A DNA stretch of 19,031 nucleotides. Origin: Promethearchaeota archaeon (GTDB lineage Archaea; Asgardarchaeota; Hermodarchaeia; Hermodarchaeales; Hermodarchaeaceae). Under the pieces are notes generated by a model. The model did not search any database, had not been told where the DNA came from, and saw only the letters and a program-made list of their open reading frames with translations. The DNA is taken from the NCBI GenBank assembly GCA_048939625.1, contig JBHLPH010000031.1, forward strand, positions 1 through 19,031, given 5' to 3'. Both the position numbers and the translations under genes were made by a program. Shown here piece after piece: positions 16,787-19,031 of the stretch; the first letter of the stretch is position 1; every line of letters starts with the position of its first letter.

Positions 16787-17488
16787 TCAAATACCAAATT
16801 GTTTGGCGATATCATTTTCTTGCCAAAACGCATACGAATTAGCAAATTCCTGTTGGTTGTCTCTGATCATGCCCCAGATATTTTTCACCATTCGTTTTCC
16901 TGCAGAAGATAAACCAATCTTCTTTTTCTTTTCGAGAGTTTCAACTAACCGTCGACTCATTAAGCGAGTTTCCAATAGACCTTTCTTCCGTTGTTCCACT
17001 GCGTCACGTGACTTAACTAGGATTGAAATCGGATCGAGAACATGATACCCCCAAGATTCGAGAATCGCCGTTATATATTCAGAAACATCTAGAGCACCAT
17101 AGCTACCGGCAGTCACCAATAGTGCAGCATACTTTCCGAACAATTGAGGTCGAAGACTCCATGGCCAGAATCGATCCAGTAAGCATTTCAAGCGACCCGG
17201 TGGACCCATCAAATATACTGGAGTTGCCAGTACAAATCCGGGGGCAAATAACATCGATTCCTGAAGGGTTAGAATATCATCTTTGACAATACACTCCCCT
17301 TTTGTTTCACACGTTAGACAGCCCCCGCACGCAGCAAAACTCATACTAGGAGTCATATATACTTCGGTTCGCACCTCAGCCCGTTTCAATTCCTCAATCA
17401 GTTCAGAGATGTACATGTAAGTTTCACCCTTTTCTCCTTGAGGACTTGCTAACAAGACTGGAAGACTAACCACGAATACGCCACCCAC
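16787..17488 (-). CDS. Flavodoxin-family iron-sulfur flavoprotein (Isf / FMN reductase-like)
   Basis: ASP...G.T loop, CGGCLTCETKGEC (CX2CX2CX5C), ATPVY, LK.LLDRF, L.GK...L.TAG. Start position uncertain. Confidence 0.88.
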   Translation of the reverse strand: MGGVFVVSLPVLLASPQGEKGETYMYISELIEELKRAEVRTEVYMTPSMSFAACGGCLTCETKGECIVKDDILTLQESMLFAPGFVLATPVYLMGPPGRLKCLLDRFWPWSLRPQLFGKYAALLVTAGSYGALDVSEYITAILESWGYHVLDPISILVKSRDAVEQRKKGLLETRLMSRRLVETLEKKKKIGLSSAGKRMVKNIWGMIRDNQQEFANSYAFWQENDIAKQFGI

Positions 17489-17644
17489 TCAAAACCTGCG
17501 TCTTTATTTCAATGGAAGAGTAAATTAGGATATATTCTTCACTTCACTTTAAGAGGTTGACGACTACAAAGTGCAAATGTAATTTCTGTTAAGAGGCATT
17601 TAATAGGAGGAACTACTGGAAAGAATACAGAGTGGTGCTGATGA

Positions 17645-18136
17645 ATGAGCTCAGAAAATGATTTATTCCAACGTGCAGTTATCGCATTTAGCGATGAGGA
17701 CTTTGAACGAGCCGAAGAATTGATTAAAGAGCTCCTTGATCTCGATTCGAAAAATGTTGATGGATGGAGTCTTCTAGCTAACATTCATCAGCAGCAAGGC
17801 GAAGACGACCAAGCAATCATAGCGGCAACTAAGGCAACTGAGCTTGCACCAGACAACATTCAAAACTGGAATAACTTGGGGTATCTTCATCTTCTTCAGA
17901 GTAACTGGACAGAAGGCGAACGCTGTTATACAAAAGCCGCAACCCTACCAGATCCCACACCAACCATATTTCTCAATCTTGCCTGGGCACTCATAGAACA
18001 AGGAAAACAGGATCAAGCGAAAGCACAACTCAGCAAAGCTCTGGAGCTCTCCTTAGAAGACACGCTTTATGATGATCTTGAAACCAATGAGCAATATGCG
18101 AAGCTCCGGCCCCTCTTCAAGCAATTGAAGAAATAA
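17645..18136 (+). CDS. Tetratricopeptide repeat protein
   Basis: About 4 TPR units (W.LLA.I....G..DQA..A..KA.EL.P; WNNLG.L; F.NLA.AL..QG..DQA...L.KALEL). Confidence 0.9.
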   Translation: MSSENDLFQRAVIAFSDEDFERAEELIKELLDLDSKNVDGWSLLANIHQQQGEDDQAIIAATKATELAPDNIQNWNNLGYLHLLQSNWTEGERCYTKAATLPDPTPTIFLNLAWALIEQGKQDQAKAQLSKALELSLEDTLYDDLETNEQYAKLRPLFKQLKK

Positions 18137-18151
18137 CCACAACAAGTTTTG

Positions 18152-18595
18152 TTAAGGTTCTTCTTTAATAATAAAAAAACTGCCTGATGTTACTGTTTGA
18201 CCAACACCGGGAATTTGACGTAACTGATTCACCACAAGTTCTCCAATTTCCTGAAGTGACGCACCGCGCGCCTTGAGAATAATGTCCCATTGACCTGCAA
18301 CCACATGAACCTCTACAACATTCTTAAATCTCGCAATAGATCGGGCCACATCTTGTTGTGAAACATTATTCACAGGATTATAATTCACTAACACAAACGC
18401 AGTGACCGGTAATCCAATGCGATTATAATCTGGAATTGCTACAATTCGTTTGATTGTCTTGTTTGCTTTCAGACGATCAATCCGATGTTGCACCGTTGAC
18501 CGTTTCATATGAAGTTTGTTAGCAATTTTGAGGACTGATTGGCTTGCATCACGTTGCAGTTCTTGGAGAATTTGTTGATCCTTTGAATCCATCAT
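18152..18595 (-). CDS. Lrp/AsnC family transcriptional regulator
   Basis: MD.KD..IL..LQ.DA...IA..L...STV..RI.RL HTH; C-terminal RAM domain (V.EVH.V.G.WDII.K, IPGV..T.T). Start at ATG 18595 or 18592, or TTG 18604. Confidence 0.95.
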   Translation of the reverse strand: MMDSKDQQILQELQRDASQSVLKIANKLHMKRSTVQHRIDRLKANKTIKRIVAIPDYNRIGLPVTAFVLVNYNPVNNVSQQDVARSIARFKNVVEVHVVAGQWDIILKARGASLQEIGELVVNQLRQIPGVGQTVTSGSFFIIKEEP

Positions 18596-18638
18596 AATGA
18601 ACAATATGTTAATATCTACTAATAATTCTTGTCATTAT

Positions 18639-18673
18639 TTAGCAAAATGCTTATGCCGTTAGCAAAAAGCTAA
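18639..18673. promoter_or_regulatory. Two tandem 15-bp palindromic sites, candidate Lrp/AsnC operators
   Basis: TTAGCAAAATGCTTA (18639-18653) and TTAGCAAAAAGCTAA (18659-18673), 20 bp apart, between the divergent regulator and the asparagine synthetase gene. Confidence 0.6.
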
Positions 18674-18708
18674 TATGCTTTGATCAACTCATACGCGATG
18701 GGTGCGTC

Positions 18709-19031
18709 ATGTTGGTAATGAAATCTATTCCGCATCGTCAGCTCTCAAGCCGAGTAGCCTCCGACGTGGAAAGTGGAGTAAAGTTTCGTTACCGCTCCAT
18801 CCGTTCACCGAGAGCCCGAGCCATTCTCAAAATCCAACATGAATTATCTCGGGCTTGTCGTCGAGTTCTGGACAATCTTGGATTTCTCGAGGTCTTAGCT
18901 CCAATTATTGGACCTGTATCTGACCCTGGAATACGAGGAGCAGGAACAATTGAGGTGCCCTTCTATGGTGAGACCTATGTGCTGATGACAAGTATGATCT
19001 TGTATAAGCAGATGACAATGGCGAGTTTTCC
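18709..19031 (+). CDS. Archaeal-type asparagine synthetase A (AsnRS/AspRS catalytic-core paralogue), 5' part, runs off the window
   Basis: Not in the ORF track. Translates MLVMKSIPH...AILKIQHELSRACRRVLDNLGFLEVLAPIIGPVSDPGIRG...FYGETYVLMTSMILYKQM: class II aaRS motif 1 with no OB anticodon domain, plus the SMILxKQ signature. Start 18709 or 18718. Confidence 0.85.
   Translation, partial: MLVMKSIPHRQLSSRVASDVESGVKFRYRSIRSPRARAILKIQHELSRACRRVLDNLGFLEVLAPIIGPVSDPGIRGAGTIEVPFYGETYVLMTSMILYKQMTMASF

Noticed and set aside
359-17784. Remaining short ORFs in the track overlapping called genes (e.g. 2519-2782, 4592-4864, 8465-8995, 11030-11296, 16212-16574, 17539-17784)
   Set aside because: Antisense or alternate-frame overlaps of well-supported CDSs with no recognisable motifs.
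1-19031. CRISPR array, transposase, integrase or prophage genes
   Set aside because: No regularly spaced repeats or mobile-element protein motifs seen.

Overview
Gene-dense archaeal chromosomal window, most likely from an Asgard archaeon. This is an inference from a Rab-like GTPase with RabF motifs, GGAGG/GGTGA SD sites, TATA-like boxes, an IPGF-TM-basic sorting tail and an archaeal-type asparagine synthetase. The left third (195-7503) is a cell-surface cluster: three exported proteins (a calcineurin-like metallophosphoesterase, a GldG/GIFT-like protein, and a Zn-dependent PLC/S1-P1-type enzyme fused to a GIFT-like domain) all end in an FN3 / Pro-linker / TM / basic-tail anchor, and a duplicated polytopic membrane protein lies among them. 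Next come a class II (B12) ribonucleotide reductase with an ATP cone and an acetoacetate-decarboxylase-family gene. The middle (10.9-14.2 kb) has co-oriented minus-strand genes for a Yip1-like membrane protein, a Rab-like GTPase with an unusual ~185-aa Pro/Glu-rich plus helical extension, a type I membrane protein with a possible GOLD-like ectodomain, and an unannotated 35-aa ORF enclosed by self-complementary ends. The right part has an M29 aminopeptidase homologue lacking most metal ligands, tandem membrane paralogues, an Fe-S flavoprotein, a TPR protein, and a divergent Lrp/AsnC regulator / asparagine synthetase pair with tandem palindromic operator candidates. No tRNA, rRNA, CRISPR array, intein or mobile element was seen. 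All family calls are by motif recognition; no searches were run.
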